From assembly GCF_009914755.1 (NCBI RefSeq), contig NC_060941.1: 64,000 bases of DNA; one strand, 5' to 3'. Source of the stretch: the human T2T-CHM13v2.0 reference genome, Homo sapiens. Shown here one piece after another: positions 30,336 to 47,460 of this stretch. Both the position numbers and the translations under genes were made by a program. The notes under the pieces are model-generated. The model was not told the DNA's origin. It did no database searches and saw only the letters and a list, made by a program, of their open reading frames with translations. Numbering within the stretch: the stretch's first letter is position 1; each line of letters opens with the position of its first letter.

Positions 30336-31899
30336 TTTTTAAAATGTGGATTGACCTAAATGAAAAATTAGAATTTGCCTTCAAACCATGTTTTCTCTCC
30401 TCATCTCAAGTTTAGCCAAAATAATTTTAAGACTAATAAGAGATTTCTTGTGCTGATCCTGGAGACAGAGCAGAGAAAGGCCTGGGCAGGAGACGGAGTA
30501 GACGCTTGGGGTCAGTGACTTCTTTCTTGTTTGAACTTCGCCACACTCTGGAAATCCAACTAGAGCCAGAATTCTTTCCTTATTTTTTAAAGAAAAGGAA
30601 ACATCGTACAGATGGAGGCAGGGCGTCTCCCTCTGAGGGTGCGCCAAGCCAAAGGACAGCTGCCGAGGGAGGCTGGCTGCATTGGGGAGGGATATTTTTT
30701 TTCCCTCCCCATCCTCTGTTACAGGATTTAATGGCCAGCAAACTGTGGAATTCGGGGACTTTCATCTCGTTTCATCTGTTTCAAGCCATCATTGCAGGCA
30801 AATGGCCTTTATCAAATTACTTTCCTTCATTTTTCATTTAGACTCTTGTCTTCTGCTCTTAGAGAAACCCGTGAGTAAATGCAAGACTTGATCTATGGAA
30901 TGAACAAACATGTTCCCTGTGCTACCTGTGCCTTCGCAGGCCCTGCACAAAGTGGGACAGGCCACTCCTGTCCAGAAGGTGAATCAGCCCAGAAAACATC
31001 CCCTCCCATCCAGGCCCCTGGTCAGCTGGGCAGTGCAGGGTTTTAGGTCAAAGCCAACCAGGAAAGCGGGTCCTGGGAGGTTGCAGGCAGCCCTGGCTCA
31101 GCTGGGATTAGGAGACTGTCATTCGCCGACCTGCCCTGCCCCTGCAGAAGCCAGGCAGGACTTGAAGAAATCAGTGAGTCACTTTTCCTCTCAATGGCAT
31201 TCCCTGTGAGAGTGGGGGTGATCCAGGTTCTAACAAATGCACTTCAAGGGAAAATGCAGTGGAAGTGGGGTGCAGTGCAGTCACTTGGTGAGAACATTTT
31301 TCTGGGTGCAGCAAGGAGTGTCTGAGAATATTGTGAGGCTAATGCAATGTTCTCTCAAGTTTGGTAACAGGATGTGGTAGGAGGAACACAGCCTTGCACC
31401 AAGCAGAGACAGGTGCTTTTCAAAGTGATAGTAAATGCATTAAGTGCTTCATGAGAAACTCTAGAGTCACAGAGACAGGCCGTCCTCCATCTGGATGTCA
31501 CTAGGACATAATGCATGCTCTCTGGCTCACACTGAGGACAACAGCTACTGACTGGAGCATCAGGAGCTCATGACTGCAGCTGTTTACTCTGTGTTTCAGT
31601 TCCTTCAAGAAGTAAATCCCCCTGCTGATGTCAAACCACACAGGGAATCTCTTTCAAAATCTTGCTTTAGGAAATGCCACTTCTGTTTATGTCAGGGTCG
31701 AATGGACACTTTTACCACAGTCACCTATAAGGTGAGGCTATGATTTCAGCAACCAGGCCAAGTCCAGGAGTGGTGGCGTGGTGCTTCCTGGCATACTGAG
31801 TCCTTTCTGGGTCTGCAGCTGGTGAGGAATGGGGCAAAACCATTTGTATTTGGAAAGTAAAACCTTTCTCTTGTCATGAACCAACTGGGTCATATCTGG

Positions 31900-32850
31900 G
31901 TGTTGTCGGCAGCCAGCATGCCCTGAGACCTCACCCAAGCCTGCTGTCTGCCTCTCCACAGCACTGAACTGACCTGGCTCCCAGGCCCGGGGGCGTGATC
32001 CACACTCACCCTGCTTGTGTCCCCAACAGGACTGCCACCACCCTCCCAGCCTGGGCTGCCCCTCCCCCATGGCACTCTCCTCATGCTGCCAACACCCATT
32101 CTTCCCTTCCCTGCCCACGTTCTCTTTGCAGTGACTCATGGAGCGCCCAGGGTGGAAGGGGCACTGTCCAGAGAAGGACAAATGCGGTGAGGATGACCCG
32201 GGCCCAAGCTCGTGGATGCTAGTGCTTTGTAGGAAGCACCTGCTGCATGGAGGAGGGTCACTGACCCTGGGTGGCTGGGGTGGGTGGGCTTCCCAGAGGA
32301 GGCGACACACAGACTGATACCGCAAGAATAAGTGGGACTCCTGCGGGAGCTGTTTTGGCTTTGCTTTCTCACTCCTCAAATACTGCTTCATCTTCGGCCC
32401 CTTTCATTTTATACATTATTTCACAGTGGCATCACTCATGCCTGTGGTTTCAATGACAATGATCCAGTCCGTGTCCCCTCTCTTAGCATGAGGTCCATGC
32501 ATGTCTTTTCAGCCACTTCCTAGACAAATCCCCGGAATGCTCTGCAGACAGCTGAGTCTTCACATGGCCAATGCTGAGATCATCCTCTTGGCCCCCTCCC
32601 TCAAAGTGCTTCCCTCCTCCCATCAAGCCTATGCAGTGAGAGGTGTCGTCTGCACGGTCACTGAGGCCAGAGAGCTGGCAGGCAGCCCCGCTCCCGCTCC
32701 TTCTCCACTGCCGACAGTCTCTGAGTTCTACTGATTGCACTTTTTGTCTGTGTCCCCTGCCGAGGCCTCAGCCCAGACCCTTTTCTCTCCTTCCTGGTTA
32801 CTGTCATAGCCCGGACTGGCTTCTCTGCCTTGGGTCTGCCCCAGCACAGG
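31900..32850 (+). mobile_element. Degraded L2-like fragments
   Basis: C-rich, diverged L2 3'-type motifs; assigned by eye. Confidence 0.4.
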
Positions 32851-33479
32851 GGCAGACTGTGTGATGTCCTCCACACAGTCATCAGAGAGATCTTTTAAGG
32901 GCTCAAAAGACCCTGCGGCTCCCCTGCCAATAGCTCTGCCATCGTCCCCAGAGCTTTCGAGGACCCTCCACCATCGGCGCCAACCCCAGCTGAGCTGGGT
33001 GCTCGTCTGCAGGCCTCTGCTCCATCTCAGCCTGAGCATGAGGCTCTGCTGTGCTGCTTCCAGCAGCAGGGACAGGGCTGATGAGCCTGGCCCTTGCAAG
33101 CATCTTCCTGTGCCGAATACAATTCCACAGACAGAGGATTTAAAATCCAAGTGGAGGTGACAGGAAAGAAAGGAAAACCTCCAGGTATCAGAAGAAAGGA
33201 GGGGGTGTGAAGACAGTATGGGAGGAAGGTCAGGCTGGGGCTCAGCTCTGGGAAGTGCCAGCCTGAACAGGAGTCACGCCCGGGTCCACATGCAAGGGAA
33301 TGAGGACCGAGGCCCTGCATGTGGCAGGGCCTTCCGCAGGCTGCCCCGTCTGTGAACAGGACACCAGAAGAAGTCTGCCTTCCAGCCTGGCAAAGTGGCA
33401 AGGAACCTCTGGGTGGGAAAACAAATCAACAAACAAATTGTCAGTAAAAAACAGAAACCTCACACTTTCCTTTCTCTTG

Positions 33480-35390
<1,911 letters not shown>

Positions 35391-35404
35391 AATATAACAA
35401 TAGT

Positions 35405-36384
35405 ACTATGGACTGAATTGTGTCCCCTCCAATTCCTTATATGGAAGACCTAGCCTTCAACACCACAGTATTGTGAGATCTGGGCTTTACAGAGGTCATT
35501 AAGGTTAAATGAGGTCATAGGAGCAGGGCCTTGATCTGACAGAAAGAAGAGAAACCAGGGTGCTTGCTTTCTCTCTCCCCACCACGTGAGGACTCAGAAA
35601 GAAGGTGGCAGTCTGCAACCCTTGAAGAGAGCCCTCACCAGAACCCAACCATGCTGGACTTTTTTTTTTTTTTTTTTTTTGAGACGGAGTCTCGCTCTGT
35701 CGCCCAGGCTAGAGGGCAATGGCGCGATCTTGGCTCACTGCATCCTCTGCCTCCTGGGTTCAAGTGATTCTCCTGCCTCAGCCTCCTGAGTAGCTGGGAT
35801 TACAGGCATGTGCCACCATGCCCAGGCAATTTTTGTATTTTTAGTACAGACGGGGTGTCATCATGTTGGCCAGGCTGGTCTTGAACTCCTGACCTCATAA
35901 TCTGCCCGCCTTGGCCTCCCAAAGTGCTGGGATTCCAGGTGTGAGCCACTGCACCCAGCACCATGCTGGACTTTTATCTGGGACTTCTAGTCTCCAGAAC
36001 TGTGAGAAAATACATTTCTGTTGTTCAAGCCACCCAGTCTATGGTATCTTTTTTTTTTGAGACAGAGTCTTGCTCTGTCACCCAGGCTGGAGTACAGTGG
36101 TGCCATCTCTGCTTACTGCAACCTCCGCTTCCCTGGTTCAAGCAATTCTCCTGCCTCAGACTGCCGAGTAGCTGGAATTAACAGGCGCACACCACCACGC
36201 CCAGCTAATTTTTGTATTTTTACTAGAGACGGAATTTTGGTATGTTGGCCAGGCTGCTCTTGAACTCATGACCTCCAGTGGTCCACCTGCCTTGGCCTCC
36301 CAAAGTACCAGGATTACAGGTGTGAGCCACCTCCCCTGGCCAGTCTATGGTATCTTGTTATGGCAGCCTGAGCAGACTAAGACA
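35405..36384 (+). mobile_element. MLT1A-like MaLR LTR interrupted by two minus Alus (~35659-35959, ~36048-36341)
   Basis: tatggactgaattgtgtcccc start, ggcagcctgagcagactaagaca end; Alu TSDs accatgctggacttt and cagtctatggtatctt. Confidence 0.8.
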
Positions 36385-37344
36385 AATAGTCAAACAGTAT
36401 ACAGTGCTTACTAAGTGCCTTACAGATATCAATTCACGGACTTACTACAGCACGAGGTGAATTTCCTTTTCAGAAGAGGAAATGAGAAGGCCCAAAGAGC
36501 CTAAGGACCTGCCTGCCTGAAGTGATAGAGTAGAGGCAGGATTTGAACCCAGGCAATCCAGGCCATAGTCCAAGTCTTAACCTCTATGCATCCTGCCCCT
36601 AAAAAGCACATCATTAGCCGTGGTCCCTGTTTGCTGTGTGCTTCTGAGCAGAGTGATGAGCTGAGCACTTTCATGTCCCTATCAACAGCTCCTCGTGCAG
36701 TGTCTGATACAAAATAGGAGTTCCATAAATGTCTATAGAAAGAATGAATTTTTATAAAATGACATGATTAAGAAAGCAGCTGGGGCTAATGTCAACACAA
36801 GACATGTCTTCAACTGGGAGACATGAGGCTGGCCTCACCCATCTTCACAGCAGGGTTGTTAAGAAGTGAGGCAAGTGAGGCGGAGCCATCGGTGGGCTGG
36901 GGTTGAACACAAAGGGTCAGGTGGGGTACATGTCCCGGCCTGGTATCCTGCTCCGTGTAAGGGGCTGTTTATGTGTCAAGTGTGATGAAAACATATGAAG
37001 AGGCACTAGGGACACTCACTGTTCAAGGGGTGCCTTTTGGGAACTGAAGAACCCTCTTGCAAAGTGAGTCATTACCTTGCTTTGTAAACCCAAACATCCC
37101 TGTATTAGCTGCTGCCTCCCCACTGCTAATGAAGTTTTCAGTGAAATAAAAACATTTGGTAGGATGGAAAACATTTGGACTGATGGGCTTTGGAAGCACA
37201 TATGCAAGGTTAGAGAAGCTCCGGGAATTGTATCGATAAACATGTTGCCATTTTTATGTCCTGAGGTTTAATGGAGACGAGCAGACACTGCACTGGCTCC
37301 ATGCAGATTTCTCAGTAATAGCTTCAGAAATGTGGGCAGATATT

Positions 37345-37617
37345 TCTTTTTTTCTTTCTTTTTTTTTTTGAGACAGAGTCTTGCTCTGTCACCAGGCTGG
37401 AGTGCAGTGGTGCGATCGATTCCGGCTCACTGCAACCTCCGCCTCCCAGGTTCAGGCAATTCCCCTGCCTCAGCCTCCTGAGTAGCTGGGACTATAGGCG
37501 TGCGCCACCACACCCAGCTAATTTTTGTATTTTTAGTAGAGACGGGGTTTCACCATGTTGGCCAGGATGGTCTCGATCTCCTGACCTCATGATCTGCCCG
37601 CCTCGGCCTCCCAAAGT
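37345..37617 (-). mobile_element. 5'-truncated Alu (AluSc-like) with TSD
   Basis: atgtgggcagatatttct flanks both sides. Confidence 0.9.
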
Positions 37618-38883
37618 ATGTGGGCAGATATTTCTAGTGAAATATATGGGCCTGGAGCTCCTCAGCAGCATGCCTGCGGAGTTGTAAAGGGGTCTTAGAT
37701 TGGGAGGAGAAGGTTGAAATTCACTGTCATCCATTTATTTATTAAGAATTTACTAGGCACTGTATTAAACATTTTACATACTTAATTTCATTTAATCCTT
37801 ATCAAAGCTGTCATTATGGGGCACTGTCATTCTGTTCACTTTATAGATGAGGGTGCAGAAGCGTAGAAAGCTCAAGCAACTTCTTGCAGCTGGAAGGTGA
37901 GGCTAGGACCTGGCCCAGGGCAACTGTCTCCTCAACAGCATTTGCGCCTCCATTCCATTTAGTTTCCACCCTAAAATGCTGTTCTAGCTCTTGCGTGGAG
38001 CATAGCCTCTGCAGCATGGAATTCTTTAATACCAGGTGCTTCTGAGTCAGAGGAAAAGGCACTTTGAACCTCCTGTAACGATGCTGAGGTTTGGACATTC
38101 TGACCCAGCCCCTGACCCCCTCCCTGCACAGGCACTTTCACCACTTGTAAGTTTTTCTTGCTGGGCATAGCGCCTTTCACTCCTTGGCCTTTGTCTGGCC
38201 AGAAGACATTGATGTTTCCAGGCATAGATGATTCCAGGCTGCTAAAGAAAGAGGCACTCTCCTGGTGCTTGGAGAATTTGTATGCATTTTTTACTATTCT
38301 CCAGCACACATCTTTGTCTTGACTTTCCAGCTGCAGTCCCTGAGGAGTACTCCATGGAGACTCCTGGTTTCCGTTTTTGTCAACCAAAAGCTTCGTATGC
38401 TTTGTGCCTCAGCAGGCTTCCCCTGGCAAGGTGGGCCAGGCAGGGACTCGGTGCACTGGAGGTGGCCTGATGGCTCCCGGGAGAGGCCTGGCGACCCCTG
38501 CGTCGGTTCTCTCTTTTGCTTCCCCTCCACCAACATCAGACTTGGAGGTGTTGAGGAAGCTCCATTTTGCTTTGTCTATTTGGAATCTGTACTCTTTAAA
38601 GGCTGCATTCCTCTGACCCTGCCAAAATGCCCAAATTAATACTTTATGCCAGGCATAATGAAACCTTTCAAAACCAGAGTTAAAGAACAAAACTATACCC
38701 ACAGCTCCCTCAAGTATGAGGGAAGAAAAAAAAAAAAAAGAAACAGAATACCACCAAACCAAACCAAAGCCCCATCACAAAACAAATGAGACAGCAGTTG
38801 TGAGCAGAGGGCTGGGGCCACCTCAGTGGGACGCCTGGGCCAGCATCTGACCCTCAAGAGGGAAGTGGGCTCTGGAGCCTTGA

Positions 38884-40139
<1,256 letters not shown>

Positions 40140-41587
40140 TCAGTTCTCAAAAAAGCTCAGAGCCTGGGGAAGGAGGCTTCCTGAGCTACTGTATCAGGTG
40201 CAACAGAGTCAGCATCACAGAAGGTCTAGAGGGCACTAAGCAGGCCCAGGGTGGAGGGAGGTGCCCAGGACTTCTGCCTGCTCCCTGCAAGGGTGTGGCC
40301 TCTTAGGCTGTGTCCTGGCTTTGCGTGGCTTTGCTATGCACATGCATCACTGGAATAAACTAGGCTCTCAGCACTGGGTCCACAGCATGTCAGGATTTCT
40401 CATCCTCGTGCTACTCCCCACAGATAGGGATGAAGACAGAGCCACTGAACAGGGTGCCAAGGGAGACAGCCTGGTGTACCAGGGCTGAAGGTGACTCACC
40501 TGCTCAGCCAGTGTCTCTCCTTCCTTTAATAACGTCCCTCAAGCTCTACCTGTCCTTTCTCCCTGAAGCCTAACTGGGCTTCTCCAGCCACAGTGGTCTC
40601 CAAGACCCTACAGACAAGAAGGCGATAAGCTGCCCTTTGGAGGATGAGGAGGACTTGACAATGAGTTCAAGATGAGTGGGGGCTACATTTCAGGCACCTT
40701 GAAGCCTGGCCACACCCAGCCAAGGATTCTTGAAGACAGAAAATAGATAATACTTTGTTTTCTTCAGTGTGCTTACCACTAACTGAAATTGACTTGTTTG
40801 ATACTTAGTTGGTTAACTGTCCGTCTCCTATAGCTTCTATCCCCTGCCCAAAGGTAAGCTCCATGGGAAGGGGGACCTTGTCTGTATCCCCCGTACCTAA
40901 AAGAGGGTGTGGTATACAGTAGGTGCTTAATAAAGAGCCAATACATGAAATTGATAGAGATAAACTAGGAGGTATGGCAGATAGACTGTTGACTGATGGG
41001 GGCATTTTGAGGTAGGATGACCAATTAGGAAACTGTAAGTCAAGGCAGAAAGAGCTGTGATCATGAGAGGGCAAGAGTGGGGTCCCGCTGGAGAGACGCT
41101 TAGGAGTGAGAACGTGGCGACTGGCTGAATGTGGGTGATAAGAGGGAGACTCTACCATGTCTTCAGGTTTTGAGCTCATGTGATGGAGAAGGAGGTGGAA
41201 AGAGAGAATGAGTTTGTTTTTTGGACAGTGTTGAGTTTGACTTCCTCTGGAAAAGGATGCAAAGGGTTTCACTATATACCATGTAGACCCAGGAGTACAC
41301 AGGGCTCAGTGCTCTCTCTCCCTTAAAGGAATAGATGTAATCCAGCAAGGTAGATCATATGTCAAAACAGTTTATCATGTATCAAAATTGTTTCACAAAA
41401 CCTATTTTTGTAAGAAAATTCTATTATAAAATCAGCACTTACAATATTACAGTGATGCTGTGCTATATTAAGTGACAGCAAATAAAGTCTAGAATTTGAA
41501 AATTTAGAGTTGAAATGGTAAGCCTGCCCGCACAGCTGTGTCTCAGCAACCTGGCTGTCATTCTCACCCACCCCAAACGCCTTAAGA

Positions 41588-42150
41588 TTTCTTTCTTTCT
41601 TTTTTTTTTTTTTGTAGACAGGATCTTGCTCTGTTGCCCAGGCTGGAGTATAGGGTGTGAGCATGGCTCACTGCAGCCTTCTGGGACTACAGGCATACAC
41701 CACCATGCTAATTAAAAAAATTTTTTTGGCCGGGCATGGTGGCTCATGTCTGTAATCCCAGCACTTTGGGAGGTTGAGGCGGGTAGATCATGAGGTCAGG
41801 AGTTCAAGACCAGCCTGGCCAAGATAGTGAAACTCCGTCTCTACTAAAAATACAAAAATTGGCCAGGCATAGTGGCATGTGCCTGTAATCCTAGTTACTC
41901 GGGAGGCTGAGGCAGGGAGCTGCTTAAATCCACAGGTAGAGATTGTAGTCAGCTGAGATTGTGCCACTGCACTCCAGCCTGGGCGACAGAGCAAGACTTT
42001 GTCTCAAAAAAAAAAAAAAAAAAAAAAAAAAATCGTAGAGACAGGGTTTTCCTATGTTGCCCTGGCTGGTCTTGAACTCCTGGGCTCAAGCCATCCTTCC
42101 ACACTGGCTTCCCGAAGTGCTGGGATTACAGGTGTAAGCCACCGCGGATG
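41588..42150. mobile_element. Minus AluJ-like element with a plus AluS (~41728-42032) inserted in its middle linker
   Basis: The two arms of the minus Alu flank an oppositely oriented full Alu. Confidence 0.85.
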
Positions 42151-42639
42151 CCCAAGATTTCTATCTTTTTATTCAATGTTAGTCTTTTATTTAAAAAATA
42201 TTTTTCACACTATTATTTCCAGCAATCTTTATCTGAAAATGTCCAAACTTTAAAAAACACTATTCTTAGAAGCAATAGTGCAAATTATAAAGGGGAAAGG
42301 AGGGAAAGTCTAATCCTTGCTTTGCAAATAGCAGGTCACACTCTCCAAAATCGTGGTGACCTATAAAAATTTGGAAACTAGTCAATGTCCAACAACAATG
42401 GGTAAATTATAGTTAGTTTGAATCACGATGAGGGGCTGTTAGTACATCACATTGCTTGCTGAGCTTGAAAAAAGGGATTTTTCTCAGATACTGATCGTTC
42501 TTTTAGAAGTTTAGTTATAACACATCCGGGAGTCAGACATTCCAGCTGGCAGCAGCAGCAGGAAAGAGATGCGGACAGGGGCCTTCCAGGTTCCCTGTAT
42601 TTCTAGGAATGTTGCTTAATCAAAAGAGGAGACAATGGA

Positions 42640-42860
42640 GGCATAGTGGGAAGAATACAAGGTTTGGAATCAATAGTTTAGGGTTCAAATCTAGCTGTCT
42701 GGCTCTGGGCAGTTACTTAATCCTTTTAAACTCAGTTTCCTTAACTGGGATAATGAACAGGGATAATGTTCTTTTTTCTAGAGAGTTAAAGGAGAAAATA
42801 TATGCACAGTGGCTAGTGCCATGCCTGGCATCGAGTAAGTGCCCCATTAATGTTTGTTAA
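42640..42860 (+). mobile_element. MIR SINE
   Basis: ggttcaaatc..., gggcagttacttaa...ctcagtttcc..., gtgccatgcctggca core. Confidence 0.7.
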
Positions 42861-43084
42861 TGGAGTAAGCGCTTGAATGGAGGAGGCTGTTAGAGTGGAA
42901 TGCTGGTTAGACGAATGAAACCAGGGCTGAAAGGACCTTTGCCCAGCCTCTCAAGGCCTCTGTCCCTGACCACGGATATTCCCCTAAGAAGCAACTATGC
43001 CACCTTCCAGGGCAAAAAGGCTTGTCGATTCCAGAAGGACTTTTTAACTTGTTATTCAGTATTTTTAAATTCCCTCCTCCTGTC

Positions 43085-43352
43085 TTTTCTTTGACATAGA
43101 GTCTCGCCCAGTCCCCCAGCCATGGCCTACTGCAGTCTTCACCTCCTGGTGAAGTCATCTTCCTGCCTTAGCCTCCTATATAGCTGGGACCACAAGTATG
43201 TGCCTCCATGCCCGGCTAATTTTTTGATTTTTTGTAGAGACAGGGTCTCGCTTTGTTGCCCAGGCTTGTCTTAAACTCCTAGGCTCAAGCAATCCTCTTG
43301 CCTCAGCCTCCCAAAGTGTTGGTATTACAGGTGTGAGCCACTGTGCCCAGCC
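43085..43352 (-). mobile_element. Alu (AluJ-like)
   Basis: Diverged Alu consensus. Confidence 0.85.
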
Positions 43353-45229
43353 TTAAATCCCATTTTTAAGGACAAAGGATAATGCTTTCTTCTTGGGGCT
43401 GACGACATAGTTCTTTTTGGATATTTTCCATCACACTGTCACTGAACCTTGCTCCCATCCAGGCAACTATAATCCACAGTGAAGAATATTTGATTAAGTA
43501 GCAGGTGGTGGGGGATTTTTGTTCTGAGGGGAATTCAAAGAAGTTAAAACAGAGGCAGCTATCTCATAAACCAAGCCCAGAACACGGAGATGAAAAGAAA
43601 CAAATTGCCCACTTTCTACCACCTGTTTGAGAACAGAAAGATTTACACTCACTTATGTCAGCTAAAAAAATGTACCCTTGTCTCATTGCGGTAAAAGAGC
43701 CTCCACTGCTCAGATGCTTCTGATGGAAAGTCTACCCCCTGCTCCGATACACACTTTCATGCTGGTAATGACAGAGGCAAAGCAGGCCTTTCTATCAATA
43801 TGTTCTGCACACTTCCTAGCAGCTTTGCTTTTTCTATTCTGCATTTGCTATTTTAAGCGAGTACATAATGCATCAATTTTCAGACTCTTACTCAATGCCA
43901 TTGCTACAGAACTGAGAACTCAGTAATCTTGTCAGGCAGAGCAGAACAATATTCCAACAGATGAAACATTCCATGCAGCCTTATTTCCCTTTTCCTGGGA
44001 TGGGGCATCTATTTCTGGCCTATAATGAGAGATGAACCAGTGGCCATGGTCCAGTGCCTCTTGCCCTGGAATCCCACATCACAGAAACCACTCACCATGC
44101 TGCTGCTGGTAGACACATGAAAGGCCCTGTGGGGGTCTCAAGTTCATTTGACTGCTCTCTTATTTTTTATTTTAAGTTCCCAGAAATGGGTTGTTTTGAT
44201 CCAGGCTGGAGCTTGCTGGCTGGGAAAGTGTGGGTTCTCTCAGGCCACATTTCCCCTTTTCCTGCCTGCCATGAAGAGTCCCCATTTTCTCTGGAATCAC
44301 CAATTGGATTTGAGAGCCCCAGAGGAACCTTTGTCTCCCTGCCCCCAGTCTCGTAGAAGATTTAAATGTGAAGTGTCTCCACATGGCTTCTTGCCAAATT
44401 TGGCTTGCCCTTGAGTGCAGACACACTTCCAATAGAAGGCCAATTGCATCTGATACCTCAGTGGGCAGTTTAGGCAAATTTCCCTGCTGTGTGTGTTTAC
44501 AGCTTTAGTGGCTTCTAATACAGGCCTTATTTACTGCCTGCATTGTTACCTGGGAGAGAGAGAGCAGAATGGATCTGCTGCTACTTGCTACACCATTTGG
44601 CTTGTAAGTGGATTAAATAGACACATTTTCCCAAGATTTACTCCACATACCTGGCTGGTGTAAATGGGCTGGGCCACTTCCACCATCCTCTCCAGTTCCT
44701 GCTCCTTTTATCTTATATCCATTAACAATGGCACAACAAATTAGCGTGGGTGCATAGTGATTCCATTGGAAGGTGAACAATTCAATAAAAACGACACCAC
44801 TGCTTTCTAAAGAACTAATTTATAGCATCGAAGGATTCAGCTATCCCAATGGGGACCTTGAATTACTGGCCCAACTTTATTGGCATGAAAACAATCAAAC
44901 CAAATACATTCTTCCTCTGGAGCTGGAAGTCAGACACCCTGGGTAATATTTAGGTCACTGCTGCCCAGGCAAATCTGAAAAATGGTTTGTGCCCTGATTA
45001 GGCAGTTACACATTTGTTTTAAATGACTGTCACAGGATGGGATCCGGAGGCATTTTAAGGCAAAGAGAAGTCATATGAGCAGTACTGAAACAATCTGAAG
45101 TGGGCTGAAGCAAACAGCCTCTTTGTCTAGCCTCAAGTGTATCAGTGTCAGCTTTACAGCTGAAATGGAATCTTTGGGTTTGGTGAGTGTGTCCCCACTT
45201 CCTCTTGTCTGTCTCTGGGAGCCCATAGA

Positions 45230-45400
45230 GCAAAGATTCTCAACCTTGATTGCACGTTAAGCTTATGAAAAATACTGGCCCTAGCAGTGGTCAGGCTCCA
45301 ACCCCAGAGACTCTGCTTCAATTGGTCTGCCTGTGGACCCCTGAATGTCGCGTTGTTAAAGCTCCCTGGGTGATTTTCCTGTGCACCACCGCTTTAAACC
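45230..45400. mobile_element. MER5A-like hAT MITE
   Basis: ttctcaacctt...ccccagagactctgcttcaattggtctg...aagctccctgggtgatt motifs. Confidence 0.6.
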
Positions 45401-45707
45401 GTTTAAGCATCACCCTCCCTGGGAACGACCGGAAGAAGAGCTGGCCCCGCTTTGCTTCAGATAAATGCTCCAATTAGCTGCCTGGGAACTGGCCTAGCAC
45501 ATGATAGGATTCCCCTTACATACAATTTAATTGATTTATCACACTTTTTATTATGACAATTTTTAAACATATACTAGAAAGAAGAATTACAAGAATGATT
45601 TGGAACAACATTCTAGAAGTGCCTGTGAAGGAGCGGCTGAGCCCCCAAGGGTCACAGAGCTCAGAGGAGGATGTGGAGATGGGCACCCCTCCTGCCACCC
45701 CGGCTCT

Positions 45708-45935
45708 CCCTCTGGACAGCACCTGGCCCGCCACTCTGCCATCACCCTCTGGACAGCACCTGGCCCGCCACTCTGCCATCACCCTCTGGACAGCACCTGG
45801 CCCGCCACTCTGCCATCACCCTCTGGACAGCACCTGGCCTGCCACTCTGCCATCACCCTCTGGACAGCACCTGGCCTGCCACTCTGTCATCACCCTCTGG
45901 ACAGCACCTGGTCCACCACTCCGCCATCACCCTCT
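45708..45935 (+). repeat. Minisatellite, 37-bp unit CCCTCTGGACAGCACCTGGCCCGCCACTCTGCCATCA x ~6.2
   Basis: Unit starts at 45708, 45745, 45782, 45819, 45856 and 45893; first three copies identical. Confidence 0.97.
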
Positions 45936-46599
45936 TTCTTGTCCCCTTCTCATTTCTTTCGTCAACAAACATTGGCTAAAGCCTGTGTGTCAGCCCTTGT
46001 GGAACAGTGATGCATAAGCCAGGTCTTGCTCCTGCCCTCATGGAGCTCAGAGCCTGGTGTGGAAGACTCTTGTAAACATGAGTTGCACACTCATTACTGT
46101 TTATTCATAATTCTGCGAAGAGCTCTCGCGGTAAAAGTACAGACTGCAATGGAATCGTGACGGGAAACCTAATCTATCTTATTTACTCTCGGGGGAGTCA
46201 GTGAACACTTTCTTGAAGAAGTGATATTAAAAACATTTGATTTTAAAGAGTGAATAAGAAATGCACATGGTATGATATTCACAGGTCCCAAAGCATTTAG
46301 AGGGAAAGCGTGTTTCCTTCCACCCCTATCACCTGGCCTCGGTTTCCCTCCTCATGAGCAACCACAGTCCCACTTAGGGTGTATCAGTCAACACTAAGAC
46401 TGGCACACACTAAGAGGGTATCGGCTAGAATATGAGCCAATCTGATGTTTGACGCCACTGCCACTAGAGCTGCTATGTTGCTCCAGGACAAAGAGGGTTC
46501 TGGGTTAGGGCCATTACTGTGGCCAAATCCCCAGCACTCTTCATCACCAGGTGACCGTGAATGCTAACAGCAGCACATTTTGCTCACAGAATCCCCTCC

Positions 46600-47460
46600 C
46601 CCCGAATAACGACTTCAACTCTCAGAGGTCCTGGAAATTCTGCTTTCGGCCTCGCAATGCCATCGAGCTGCAGAACTCGGCGGCCGACAGGTTCTCTGCG
46701 GCCCGGGTAGGGGATGTGCGCCCCGCCTCGCTGCAGGGAAGGCCGAGCAAGCCAGGCCAAGAGGGCACTGGACGTCGAGTCTCACCTCCTTTTCCTCCCG
46801 TCTCCTCCCTCTCACCAAGTGACACCGCTCCCTCTCAAACGGAAGGAAGGGGAAGAGGTCCGTGGGGAATCTCTTGGGTCCTTAAAGGGGGCGGCTGTCA
46901 TGTCTCCTAGCTCTGCTATGCGCGGTACAGGCCGGCTAGAGGCCAGCGAGGCCGCCCAGGTGAGGGAAGCAAGTTCCTGTGCGGCGCTTCAGCCCGGCAC
47001 CGCTTTTGGAAACACTGGTTTCATGCCAGGCACTGGGCAGGCCGGGTGGGGGTGGCGGCGAGGCCTGTCCTCGCGGCCCCGGGCACCTGCAGCGGGAGCG
47101 GAGCGCAGGAAGGGCGGCTGCCGGGGAATCCGGGGCGACAAAGGAAAGGCGGGAGGGGGAGGACGCAGGGAAGCAGGGAGGAGGGGAGGCGGAGGAGACA
47201 AAGGGAATCTGCACCCGCCGGGTGGGCTCTGGCGGCGGCGGCGGGGGCGGAGGCTGCGGCTTCGAGCGCGACGCGGTCGCCAAGGCAACGCCGGCCCCAG
47301 CGCCCGCGGCTGAAACGAAGCCGCTGCCCGAGCCCGAGCGCCAGCGCACACGCCCTCCTTGCAGCCCCCCGCAGCCCCGGCCGGCCGCGCTTCTCCGCCT
47401 CGCCGCCGACAGCCCCTCCCAGCCCGCCTGCCCGCCCTCCTTCCGGCTGTTTTTGTTTGT
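46600..47460. promoter_or_regulatory. Orphan intronic CpG island
   Basis: CpG-dense, non-repetitive; (GGC)4 near 47231; GC boxes; SOX-type ACAAAGG at 47138 and 47198. Confidence 0.85.

Noticed and set aside
31738-32391. 217-aa minus-strand ORF
   Set aside because: No recognisable domain or convincing exon boundaries; overlaps degraded L2-like sequence.
40220-40240. CTCF-like motifs (tctagagggcacta here; similar near 15250 and 48755)
   Set aside because: Only partial matches with mismatches in the 5' core; cannot be supported without a PWM scan or ChIP data.
45553-46017. Three overlapping repetitive ORFs, and CRISPR-like periodicity
   Set aside because: Products of the 37-bp minisatellite. 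Units are contiguous with no unique spacers and the DNA is human, so this is not a CRISPR array.
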